Shown here in pieces: positions 1 through 7,996 of a stretch of DNA of 40,000 nucleotides; positions within the stretch are counted from its first letter, which is position 1, and each line of letters opens with the position of its first letter. The position numbers were made by a program, and so were the translations under genes. The stretch lies in NCBI RefSeq assembly GCF_001982635.1, contig NZ_MKFI01000003.1, positions 921,277 through 961,276 of the forward strand, written 5' to 3'. The notes beneath the pieces were generated by a model that saw only the letters and a list, made by a program, of their open reading frames with translations, had not been told where the DNA came from and made no database searches. This stretch comes from Bradyrhizobium mercantei. Its GTDB lineage: Bacteria > Pseudomonadota > Alphaproteobacteria > Rhizobiales > Xanthobacteraceae.

Positions 1-677
1 ATGGCAACCAAATCAATCAGAAGATCGAATGCCAACAAGAGGCGGTGAACGTCCTGCGGTCGGTAAAAATTACCGGCATCCATTCCGTGTAAGACGTAGT
101 GCCGGTTCAAAACTGATAGCGTGAAATCGGCATTGTCCATGTTGGAGTAGAGCCAGCGCTGGACGAAGCTGGATAGCGCTTCCCGGAATGCTTCTTGAAT
201 AGCGTTCATCTCAGGATTCACGTTTACGAGCGGAAGATTAGTGATCGTGTCCGTGAGCTGTTTGAAGTTTGGCTTGTTTGGTTGCCCCACGCGCCAGCCA
301 TTGAGAGAAAGTAGCACTCCCTCGAGGGTTACAAGCAGCAAGCACACCGAAGCCGCGTATTCCCGCTTGTAGTAGGCGAAAATCGCGCTCTCATAGAGAT
401 GAGAATATTCGTTGAGGTGGGGCGTTCTTAGAGTCAGCCAGACGTAGCGAGCGCGGGCACGAGTGCTAAAGGCTACATCGAGCAGCTCTTTGTGGATCTT
501 GTCCTCGATTGCGCGCCGCCCATTGTCGTCGGAAGGAGGATTTGCCGTAATGTGCGCTCCCAAGCTCTTGATGCGCTCGTGCTCTTCGCCTGTCGCAAAT
601 GGACCAATGAACCAGCCATAGTCCATCAGTTGCGAGCTTAGAGCACGATAGTCGGCAATTCGTTGCTGTTGGGTCAT
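1..677 (-). CDS. hypothetical protein, partial (C-terminus lies beyond the window start); possible HEPN-type Rx4H motif
   Basis: My own translation; the ORF is absent from the supplied track because it runs off the edge. The ATG at 677-675 is preceded by GGGAGA 7-8 nt upstream. About 225 codons stay open to position 1 (MTQQQRIADYRALSSQLMDYGWFIGPF...LSVLNRHYVLHGMDAGNFYRPQDV...). NRHYVLHG fits R-x4-H. It lies 16 nt downstream of the 694-969 ORF on the same strand. Confidence 0.5.
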   Translation of the reverse strand, partial: MTQQQRIADYRALSSQLMDYGWFIGPFATGEEHERIKSLGAHITANPPSDDNGRRAIEDKIHKELLDVAFSTRARARYVWLTLRTPHLNEYSHLYESAIFAYYKREYAASVCLLLVTLEGVLLSLNGWRVGQPNKPNFKQLTDTITNLPLVNVNPEMNAIQEAFREALSSFVQRWLYSNMDNADFTLSVLNRHYVLHGMDAGNFYRPQDVHRLLLAFDLLIDLVA

Positions 678-693
678 GCCAAATCTCCCAAGA

Positions 694-969
694 TCATCTG
701 TGCCTATCACAATGAAGTGGCCAGGCACTAGTGGCCCCACCCAGCCGCATCATGCGGGCTGGGTTGAAGGAGTCCCGTAGGCAAAGCTCGGTTATGACGG
801 AAAGCAGCTCAATGCCGCTCTTGCGTAGCTCAAGGCTTTCAAAAGCGAGAGGAAAGTTGGAGTCGCTTTCAAAAGACAGGATGATGTCAGGTGAATCGTA
901 GAATCCGTTTCCCACCTGAACGGGAAATTGACCTCGTTGCGCGCGTGCAGCGTCCAGAGCGCCACGCAA
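694..969 (-). CDS. small hypothetical protein (91 aa, TTG start)
   Basis: This ORF sits between the AAA+ ATPase and the downstream ORF on the same strand. Its sequence looks plausibly globular (FPVQVGNGFYDSPDIILSFESDSNFPLAFESLELRK). I recognised no motif, and competing overlapping ORFs exist. Confidence 0.3.
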   Translation of the reverse strand: MRGALDAARAQRGQFPVQVGNGFYDSPDIILSFESDSNFPLAFESLELRKSGIELLSVITELCLRDSFNPARMMRLGGATSAWPLHCDRHR

Positions 970-1101
970 ATGCGCCGCATGCGTCGGCCGATCGCGGTCG
1001 GGCAGGCTGAATTTGGGAGAGTGTCCCCGGGGCGCGGGCGGTTTCCGCAGGAGTGTCCACTAATAGGTGCGGATAGCGCGGCATTCAAAAATGGATGTGA
1101 G

Positions 1102-2115
1102 TTATTTGGCTGGCTTCCTGTGCGCCAGAACACCTTTGCGCTCCAAAATCGCGGCAGTTAGATCCTTGCTGGTCAACTCCCGACGTTCAATCAGCGCATG
1201 CTTGATGGCGTCGCTAGCGGCGCGTGTAACGTCCGCGTAGCTCAGGCCCTTGGCCCTCTTGGCCAAAACGTCCCATTTCACAACATCTGCAATCCTTTTT
1301 GAGGTAAATTTGAAATTAAGAGCTTCAATGATCTCTTTTTCAGTAGGAAGCGAATACTCGACGATATCGTCGAACCGTCTGAAAAGAGCCCTGTCCAGAA
1401 TAGTTGGATGATTGGTCGCGGCAATGATGAGGCTGTCTGACTCATCCTGCTCGACCATTTGCAGAAAGCTGTTCACGACGCGGCGGATTTCGCCAACGTC
1501 ATTGCTGAGGCCACGCTCGGAACCAATGCTATCGAATTCGTCAAACAAGTAGACGGCGCGGGTTTGCGCGATAGCATCGAAAATCAATCGCAACTTAGCG
1601 CCGGTCTCGCCCATATAACGTGTGATAAGCCGATCAAGACGAACCACGAAGAGAGGCAGCGACAATTCACCTGCGACAGCTGACGCGGTTAAGGTCTTTC
1701 CAGTACCTGGGGGACCGACTAGCAAAAGCTTCTTACGAGGAGCTAGGCCATGCGCGCGGATGTCGCGAATTGTCTTATGTTCGCGAATGACTCTTTCCAG
1801 AATGGCTTTGGTTTTGGGACTTAGTACAAGGTCGTGCGAACGCGTGTGCGGATAAGTGACCGTTAGGAGGTCGGCTATCTCGCCACGGGGACGTCCAAGA
1901 GGAATGGGCGAAGGGCCTGGAGAGGGCACTCTTGCGCGGGATTTGTCGATAAGATCGCGCAGCTCTTCCGCGAGCTTGCCGTGTCCGCTTCGCGCCTCTC
2001 CAGCAGCGATCTGCATGGCGATCGAATGAAACTGACCGGCATCGGCCTCGGCGTATGCCTTCAAAAGCGCCCTCAGTTGGTCTGCGCTGGCCATTGGACG
2101 TGCTTTGCTGCTCAC
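1102..2115 (-). CDS. AAA+ ATPase (classic AAA family, single module)
   Basis: Walker A is LLLVGPPGTGKT and Walker B is VYLFDEFD. The second region of homology / Arg finger is IIAATNHPTILDRALFRRFD. The N-terminal domain of about 130 aa is unrecognised. Confidence 0.9.
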   Translation of the reverse strand: MSSKARPMASADQLRALLKAYAEADAGQFHSIAMQIAAGEARSGHGKLAEELRDLIDKSRARVPSPGPSPIPLGRPRGEIADLLTVTYPHTRSHDLVLSPKTKAILERVIREHKTIRDIRAHGLAPRKKLLLVGPPGTGKTLTASAVAGELSLPLFVVRLDRLITRYMGETGAKLRLIFDAIAQTRAVYLFDEFDSIGSERGLSNDVGEIRRVVNSFLQMVEQDESDSLIIAATNHPTILDRALFRRFDDIVEYSLPTEKEIIEALNFKFTSKRIADVVKWDVLAKRAKGLSYADVTRAASDAIKHALIERRELTSKDLTAAILERKGVLAHRKPAK

Positions 2116-2191
2116 TCCGCGAGTCTACCTTCAGGTTGCAGATTCTGGCGACCGCTACGAATTCGCGCACCGATAGTTTGGTGAACGAGTG

Positions 2192-2485
2192 TGGTGCGGG
2201 CGGCCGGATTCGAACCGGCACAGGCCTTGCGGCCTCACGGATTTTCGTACCACTTCGGCTTCCGCCGCCGCCCATCCGGCGTTCGTGGTCTGGACTATCC
2301 CTTCACCTTGGCGATGTCCGCTGTAGGTGCTGCCCGTCTAGTCTCTACACCTTCCCCCCGGCGGGGGCTTGGCTCGGGATTGCCAGTGAAGGTTTCCCCG
2401 ACTTTGAGCAGTTCTGCACCCAGGGTTTCCCCTAGGGCACTCAATGGCTTAAGTCCGATGCGTCTACCAGTTCCGCCACGCCCGC
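2192..2485 (-). tRNA. tRNA-Leu(UAA), class II, interrupted by a group I intron (exon 1 = 2485..2451, exon 2 = 2245..2192, CCA encoded)
   Basis: - The joined exons read GCGGGCG-TG-GCGGAACTGGTAGACGC-A-TCGGA-CTTAAAA-TCCGT-GAGGCCGCAAGGCCTGT-GCCGG-TTCGAAT-CCGGC-CGCCCGC-A-CCA.
- The acceptor stem has 7/7 base pairs.
- There is a long variable arm (GGCC-GCAA-GGCC).
- The T-loop is TTCGAAT.
- The anticodon loop is CU-UAA-AA. Confidence 0.85.
2246..2450 (-). ncRNA. group I intron (205 nt, no ORF) inserted between U34 and A35 of the tRNA-Leu anticodon
   Basis: - The intron starts AAGCCATTGAGTGCC. Its GAGU can pair with the exon end ACUU, giving the U.G wobble at the 5' splice site.
- It ends in G (GTACG|AAAA).
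- Its core strings are CTCAAAGTCGGGGAAACC, GGCAATCCCGAGCCAAGCC and GGAAGGTGTAGAGACTAGACGGG.
- From memory, these match the conserved cores of the Anabaena tRNA-Leu and Azoarcus tRNA-Ile introns. Confidence 0.8.
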
Positions 2486-2800
2486 ATCGGTGCATCTATA
2501 CGGCGCAAATGGTGTTCCGGCAAAGGGAATACACTCCGTTCCGCTCACGGAATGAGCAGCCAAGCGCAGGGTGGCGAGTTCGCCCTTGCGAATGTCGGCC
2601 ACTTCCTTCTTCGGCGCCTTCTGCTTCCGGACGTTGATGGCGCTGGCGTCCAGTACGTCCTTGAGGTGTGCGGCATAGTATTTCTCAATCATCTCGACGC
2701 TGGTCCGGCAGTTCTTGGCCAGCATGTAGATGTCGGCGCCCTCCATGAGGCGGAAACAGATGTAGGTGTGCCTCAAGCTGTAAAGGGTGCGAGGACGTCC
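2441..2800 (-). pseudogene. tyrosine recombinase / phage integrase, C-terminal fragment only
   Basis: The in-frame stretch GRPRTLYSLRHTYICFRLMEGADIYMLAKNCRTSVEMIEKYYAAHL carries the HxxR box and the catalytic Tyr region. A TGA at 2801-2803 closes the frame upstream, and no matching N-terminal or core domain follows in any frame. The 3' end of the frame runs into tRNA exon 1. Confidence 0.7.
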
Positions 2801-3243
2801 TCAGTCCCAATGCGCTGCATCGCCGAGATTGTAGGTGAGTGACTCATCCAGCCAGCGTCCGTTCCGTACCGAATAAATTCGAGCTGAGGCGATATCGGAC
2901 CCGCAATGCCTCTCCAAAAATCCGCTTAGGTGTGCTACAACTTAAAGGTATATCTTGAAGGATTGCTAGCGTCTTCGGGTTACCAACATCGTTGCGTTCA
3001 AGAGTTCTTTTTACCCTATCAGCGCGCGCACTCATCGAAGCCGTCGCGTCGCGACAAATCGCCCGTGTCGAAATGTTCCGGCCACGTGGAGAGTGTCCTT
3101 TAGCTTGGTATTTGAGACTAGGTCCGTACAGAGACTGAGCAATGCTGCCTGCTGAGCTTGTTGGTTGGAATTCGCTCAGATAGGAGGCGGTCCCGTTGGC
3201 TCACTAGCATAAGTGGAAATTTGATAGGTCTGCCACCAGTCGA

Positions 3244-5040
3244 GTGGAGGGCAAGAATTTGAGCATTTCAACTCGTCTGCGTGAATTCTCGGCGCTGTTC
3301 GTTCTTCCGGTGATCCTGATCCCCGCCTGGCTTGCGTTTGTCGCGGGTTTTTCTTTCGTCGGGCTGTTGCCGTTGGGGGTGTTGATCGTCTCGGCTATCT
3401 CCGTGTTTGCGATCCGGGCAGTCTGCCGAAGGCACAGCGGCAACGCTGTCCTCGCCGAGGTCGGATCGAAACTTACCACCTACTGCATGGTGACCGGCGC
3501 CGTTTCGGCATGTTTCCTGTTTCTGCAGATCGGCTTCTATCTTTTCTTGACGGAGTTCTCACCGCGACTGAGCACCGTGACTGCTTGGTACGATAGCCTC
3601 GAGACTGGACACATAATTGAGCGCGTGAAGTCCTTCGCTCTGAAGGCGCGCCTTGCGATCATACTCGTGCTTGGTTTCAACCTGATCTTCTTTCCGCTTA
3701 TCTCATCGAGGGTCGCTCGACTTTCGAAGATGGCATCGAAGGGTATAGACGTCGTCGGTGCCTTCTTCGTTGCGGTCCTGCTGTTCTCCTTCTACGGTTC
3801 TGCGCCTAGCGGTTTGAACGCCCTGCGGGTCGAACTTCGGTCCGCGCACGATGCTATAGACAATTCATACAGGCGAGCCGTTGCCCGCGCGTCCATCCAC
3901 TTCGCGAAGGTCATGCTGGATAGGGCGACCCTGCAGGATGACCACCTTTTCCGGACTACGCCGCCCCCGGGGGATTGGGGTGGTCCGCGACCCGCGGGCG
4001 CGCCTCCGGGACCACGACCGATGCCCCCGCCCGCCGGCTCGGGTGTTTGGGACACTGAACTCAGGGCCAGGGTCCTGAATTCCGACGAGCGGCTGAACGA
4101 GCGCATCGCGAGCAGAACGACGGCGAACGCAGCCAAGTTCGACGTACGCGGTCGGTCGGACGCGCTGAACACGCCGCCTGCGGCAAGTACGTCCAAACTG
4201 GCCGAACTCGAATCTACTCTGGAGGGACCTCGGGGAGGGGCAGCGCGGGGAGGGAGCCCTCCCGGGGACGACCTCAAACGACCAGGCGGCAGCTCATCTC
4301 AGCAGCGTGCGTTCCGAGAGATGCTCTCGACTGCGCTCGACGTTGCGAAGGTCCCCGAGGTCATCGAACCGGCAATATCCGAGCTAGTGAAGGAAACCGT
4401 CTCCGGGAACGTGATCAAAGAAATATTGACGGCGATGAGCGACGATTTGCTGGCTGACGGCATAAGAGCGGCCGCGGTCGAATTCGTCGACGACTACCTC
4501 AAGGGAGCGGTGTCGTCGGCGGACGCGAAATCTGAGCTCCGAAGAAGAGCATCCGCTTTGCTCGACACGAAATTGGGTGCGTCTTTGAAAAGTGCCTTGA
4601 GTGGGATCCGGGGATACGGATCGATGCTCTTCGACCGTATCCAAAGTCTACGCGGGGGAAACCGCGATCCGGTGATTTCCCCGCAAGAGGATGAGATGAT
4701 CGCGGAGGCCAATTCGAAGGCGTCCGGCCTTTCCGATAGCGGTGGAAGGAGCAGGATCGGCTCCGATCTAATCCAAAGATCGAGGATCGAAACCTCGAAG
4801 ATCATCGATATTCTTTCGGTGCAAGCGAAGACCGACGATTTGGCAGCGCGGTCGCTGCTGGATGTCGGATCGAACCTTTCGGACATGGAATCCAAGGCCA
4901 CGCAGTTGGGTGGGCTCGTGAGGCTGGCCCAAGAGCATGGTTACAGGGGGGAGGTCGGAGTTTGCATCGTGACACTCGAGGGCGTGGTCGTTGCGACGTT
5001 CATCTCAACTCGACAGGAATGCAAGGGCGCGAGACGATGA
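3244..5040 (+). CDS. multi-pass membrane protein with a Pro/Gly-rich linker and a soluble C-terminal region of about 300 aa; function unknown
   Basis: This is a 598-codon ORF. The N-terminal 190 aa or so contain several hydrophobic segments (FVLPVILIPAWLAFVAGFSFVGLLPLGVLIVSAISVFAI, ILVLGFNLIFFPLI, VVGAFFVAVLLFSFY). A low-complexity stretch follows (PPPGDWGGPRPAGAPPGPRPMPPPAGSG). The track start is GTG 3244; an alternative TTG at 3259 has GGAGG 8 nt upstream. Confidence 0.6.
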   Translation: MEGKNLSISTRLREFSALFVLPVILIPAWLAFVAGFSFVGLLPLGVLIVSAISVFAIRAVCRRHSGNAVLAEVGSKLTTYCMVTGAVSACFLFLQIGFYLFLTEFSPRLSTVTAWYDSLETGHIIERVKSFALKARLAIILVLGFNLIFFPLISSRVARLSKMASKGIDVVGAFFVAVLLFSFYGSAPSGLNALRVELRSAHDAIDNSYRRAVARASIHFAKVMLDRATLQDDHLFRTTPPPGDWGGPRPAGAPPGPRPMPPPAGSGVWDTELRARVLNSDERLNERIASRTTANAAKFDVRGRSDALNTPPAASTSKLAELESTLEGPRGGAARGGSPPGDDLKRPGGSSSQQRAFREMLSTALDVAKVPEVIEPAISELVKETVSGNVIKEILTAMSDDLLADGIRAAAVEFVDDYLKGAVSSADAKSELRRRASALLDTKLGASLKSALSGIRGYGSMLFDRIQSLRGGNRDPVISPQEDEMIAEANSKASGLSDSGGRSRIGSDLIQRSRIETSKIIDILSVQAKTDDLAARSLLDVGSNLSDMESKATQLGGLVRLAQEHGYRGEVGVCIVTLEGVVVATFISTRQECKGARR

Positions 5041-5334
5041 ACTCCAGCAAGACGTCCGTTCCTCCGGCGGCGTAGCTTCGACCCACACTGCAGGTGGCCC
5101 TCGCCATCCAACTCGACGTGCGCATCTGTAAGAACAGTACGCGATCACCTGCCTTTCGGCGGCAGACCACGAGGAACGGCGAGTTTTTTACTGGCAGCCG
5201 AGACGTTACGACATTACGATCGTCAGCAAGAAGCGACGCGTTCGGTCTGATATCGCCTGCCATGGCGGATAGGCATGTCTGAAACCGTGTGGGACTTTCG
5301 GCTTGATGAGACCGATTTATTCGCGGCGTCAGGC

Positions 5335-6096
5335 CTATTTCAGAGGCGGGAATGGCCGACGCGTCTCTGCAAGGATGTCCGGAACTATCGCATCGTACCG
5401 GTCGATCCTCTTTGCTTCACCCATGTCGAGGTCCGCGTTCCAGTACGGCGCAAAGCCGCCCGGAAAGTAGAACGTCGAGAAGCCGGCCGCCGCCGCAGCC
5501 AGGATGTCCCGGTCGACCTGGTCACCTACCATGAAACACCGAGCCGAGCCGACGCCCCGCTTGAGGTCGAGATATGCTTGCGAAGTCTTGCGCACCGAGA
5601 CGACCTCGCCAATCAGGTGTTCGAGGCCGTGTCCGGAAACGAACCTGCGGCACCTTTCGGTCTTCTCTTCGGTCACGATCGTGACCGGTACTCCGGCTTT
5701 CGAGATGGCGATGAGTCCTTCGCGAACGCCCGTCCGCAGCGCCGGAAGGCGCTGGATGGCTTCCAGGAAGCGGGATTGAGCCGACTCGAAGAGGTCGTCC
5801 GGCCGGACCTCCGGTCCGGAGATTAGTGCGACCGTTTCTTCTACGTCGCGCCCCTGAAGCACCATCGAGAGTCCTTGCGCGAGCAACGCCGCCGGATAGC
5901 GCAGATGATCCGGATGCGTCGCCGCGATCTTCTGGTCCAAGTCCCGCAAAAACGCCAATCCTTGATCCTCGTCCTGCGGTGCGTTACGACCGGTGAGCCG
6001 CTCGATCTGCCGCAGCATGTCCAATTGCGCGGCCGCGAATACCCGGTCCGTATCCCAGAGTGTATTGTCGGCGTCCGTGAAGAGATGCGCCTTCAA
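5335..6096 (-). CDS. HAD-superfamily hydrolase
   Basis: Motif I is FTDADNTLWD (DxDxT) and motif IV is MVGDQVDRD. The start lies 4 nt after the stop of the upstream 3-TM gene, so it is the last gene of the long minus-strand cluster. Confidence 0.8.
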   Translation of the reverse strand: MKAHLFTDADNTLWDTDRVFAAAQLDMLRQIERLTGRNAPQDEDQGLAFLRDLDQKIAATHPDHLRYPAALLAQGLSMVLQGRDVEETVALISGPEVRPDDLFESAQSRFLEAIQRLPALRTGVREGLIAISKAGVPVTIVTEEKTERCRRFVSGHGLEHLIGEVVSVRKTSQAYLDLKRGVGSARCFMVGDQVDRDILAAAAAGFSTFYFPGGFAPYWNADLDMGEAKRIDRYDAIVPDILAETRRPFPPLK

Positions 6097-6100
6097 CGGG

Positions 6101-6883
6101 TCATCCCCCTTTCTTGCCCGGGGCCGGAACGGGCGCCGGCGGAGTCGCGGTCGGCGTGGTGGGAGACGACAACTTGGCTGCTACGCCGGCGTTCGAAGAT
6201 TTCACCAGAATCACGTTGGCGCCGGATAGGGAAAAGAAGATCAACAGCACCCACATCGCGGCCTGCAGCATACCGACGCCCGGAGTTAGCAGCCGGAGCT
6301 TGTCCGCCACTTTTTCGGCGACGAGATAGGATTCCGCGATGTAACACTTGGCGTAGTATGCCTTAAGATCTGCTCCTTCTTTGGTGCCGAGAGCGATGAA
6401 AGCTTCGCCCCAGGTGGGAGCAGTCACGTCCAGGATGCCTTTATAGAAGAGCATGGACGTTGGTCGGTGGGGCTTAGATCCGGCTTTCCAGGTCTTGGGT
6501 ATTCTAAATCGCGGCTTGACCGCCCTGAGGATAATCAATACGGAGCCCGTCACCAACAGGACGTAGGCGAAGAAAGCGGCGTATGTCGCTATGGTCAGCG
6601 CCGAAAACGGATCGGTGCCGAACGCGCCGAAACCGGGCCAGGGATAGTCTGTCGCGAACCTGGTGAAGACGGCGGCGACAACGGCGCTCAAGAACGCCAC
6701 GATCGTCAGCAGACGCGAGGCTTTACCGTCCTCGTATTCGGTCAGCGCCTTCACTTCCGCGAGACTGGCCTTTGCACCGTCGTGAACGTGATTGAGCGCG
6801 TCCGTCGGAATTGACCACCCGTCGAGCTTGACCAATAGTTCCGCGAAGCCCGTATCGCTGGGAGGCCTGCTGATGCCAAACAT
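6101..6883 (-). CDS. three-TM membrane protein with a Pro/Thr-rich C-terminal tail; function unknown (topology resembles small TM effector proteins)
   Basis: The hydrophobic segments are LLTIVAFLSAVVAAVFTRF, LTIATYAAFFAYVLLVTGSVLIIL and MLQAAMWVLLIFFSLSGANVILV. An N-terminal amphipathic helix ends in YEDGKASRLL. The tail reads SSPTTPTATPPAPVPAPGKKGG. The start is 6 nt downstream of queC. Confidence 0.7.
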   Translation of the reverse strand: MFGISRPPSDTGFAELLVKLDGWSIPTDALNHVHDGAKASLAEVKALTEYEDGKASRLLTIVAFLSAVVAAVFTRFATDYPWPGFGAFGTDPFSALTIATYAAFFAYVLLVTGSVLIILRAVKPRFRIPKTWKAGSKPHRPTSMLFYKGILDVTAPTWGEAFIALGTKEGADLKAYYAKCYIAESYLVAEKVADKLRLLTPGVGMLQAAMWVLLIFFSLSGANVILVKSSNAGVAAKLSSPTTPTATPPAPVPAPGKKGG

Positions 6884-6889
6884 ACCGAA

Positions 6890-7606
6890 TCACCCGCTTT
6901 GCAGATCAACTGCTTCCCCCATATATCGCCGCCATCCTTCGCGCCGCAACCCGCAGGCATCGCATTTGCCGCAGCCGAAGCCCCAATCGTGACGGACGCT
7001 CCGGTCGCCCAGGTAGCAGGTATGAGTCTTGTCGAGGATCAATTCGACGAATGAGCGCCCTCCTAACTTCTCGGCAAGCCTCCATGTCGCGGCTTTGTCG
7101 ATCCACATCAGCGGCGTCTGCAGTACAAGACGTGCCTCCATGCCGAGATTGATAGCGACTTGAAGCGCCTTCACAGTATCGTCCCTGCAATCGGGGTAAC
7201 CCGAGAAATCCGTCTCGCAGACGCCTGTGACGACGTGTTTGAGGCCGCGCTGATGGGCGACGATCGCCGCGAAGGTTAGGAACACCAGATTGCGGCCGGG
7301 AACGAAAGTGGAGGGAAGACCGTCCGGCCGTTTCGAAAGCGGCAGATCTGCAGTCAGAGCGCTGGTACTCACCTGTCCGAGAACGGCCAGGTCGATGACG
7401 TGATCACGCCCGAGCCTGGCTTCCCAGCGCCGGTCGATGCCGGCAATGCCGGATCTCACCGCGTCGCGACAATCCATTTCGATCGCGTGACGCTGACCGT
7501 ATCCGAATCCGATCGTCTCTACATGATCGTAGCGGGACAGCGCCCACGCGAGGCACGTCGTCGAGTCTTGGCCGCCCGAGAAGAGAACGATTGCGGATTG
7601 CGTCAT
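6890..7606 (-). CDS. queC: 7-cyano-7-deazaguanine (preQ0) synthase
   Basis: The PP-loop is [10 protein letters not shown]. The C-terminal Zn-cysteine cluster is CYLG...[11 protein letters not shown]. At 238 aa the length is typical. Confidence 0.95.
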   Translation of the reverse strand: MTQSAIVLFSGGQDSTTCLAWALSRYDHVETIGFGYGQRHAIEMDCRDAVRSGIAGIDRRWEARLGRDHVIDLAVLGQVSTSALTADLPLSKRPDGLPSTFVPGRNLVFLTFAAIVAHQRGLKHVVTGVCETDFSGYPDCRDDTVKALQVAINLGMEARLVLQTPLMWIDKAATWRLAEKLGGRSFVELILDKTHTCYLGDRSVRHDWGFGCGKCDACGLRREGWRRYMGEAVDLQSG

Positions 7607-7633
7607 TGCGATCTCCAGGAATGAATGCCGAAT

Positions 7634-7996
7634 TCAGCGAGGGGGTCCGTCGTATTCCGCCCAGCAATCGGTGGTCTCGTAGACCCTTACGCTGAAGAGT
7701 TGCGCCAGTTGCGGCTTGATCCTGTCCCAGATCCAGATCGCGATGTTTTCCGCGGTGGGATTTTCCAGTCCCGGAACGTCGTTCAGGCAGTGGTGGTCGA
7801 GCGCCTTGAGAAGGGGGCCGAACGCCGCCTCCATGTCGAAAAAATCCACCACGAAGCCGGTATGCGGATCGACCGGCCCGTCCAATACGACCTCGATGCG
7901 ATAGGAATGACCGTGCATCCGATGGCAACGGTGTGTCTGCGGGACGCTGGGAAGCCGGTGCGCGGCTTCGAACTTGAATGCCTGGGATATCTTCAT
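7634..7996 (-). CDS. queD: 6-carboxy-5,6,7,8-tetrahydropterin synthase
   Basis: The N-terminus MKISQAFKFEAAHRLP and the CHRMHGHSY metal/catalytic motif are both present. I trimmed the start to ATG 7996, which forms an ATGA overlap with the queE stop; this gives 120 aa, typical for QueD. The track ORF begins 42 nt further upstream. Confidence 0.9.
   Translation of the reverse strand: MKISQAFKFEAAHRLPSVPQTHRCHRMHGHSYRIEVVLDGPVDPHTGFVVDFFDMEAAFGPLLKALDHHCLNDVPGLENPTAENIAIWIWDRIKPQLAQLFSVRVYETTDCWAEYDGPPR

Noticed and set aside
2192-2485. I first read this as a permuted two-piece tmRNA (ssrA), because a tRNA-like 3' end (T-arm plus CCA) is followed by about 290 nt of structured-looking RNA next to an integrase remnant.
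   Set aside because: The distal 35 nt supply a matching acceptor strand, D-arm and half an anticodon stem. Joining the two ends gives a complete tRNA-Leu(UAA). The middle carries group I intron core sequences and no tag-peptide reading frame.
2055-2637. Plus-strand ORFs 2055-2435 and 2191-2637 cover the tRNA and intron.
   Set aside because: The tRNA-Leu exons and the group I intron fully explain this region, and the translations are low-complexity.
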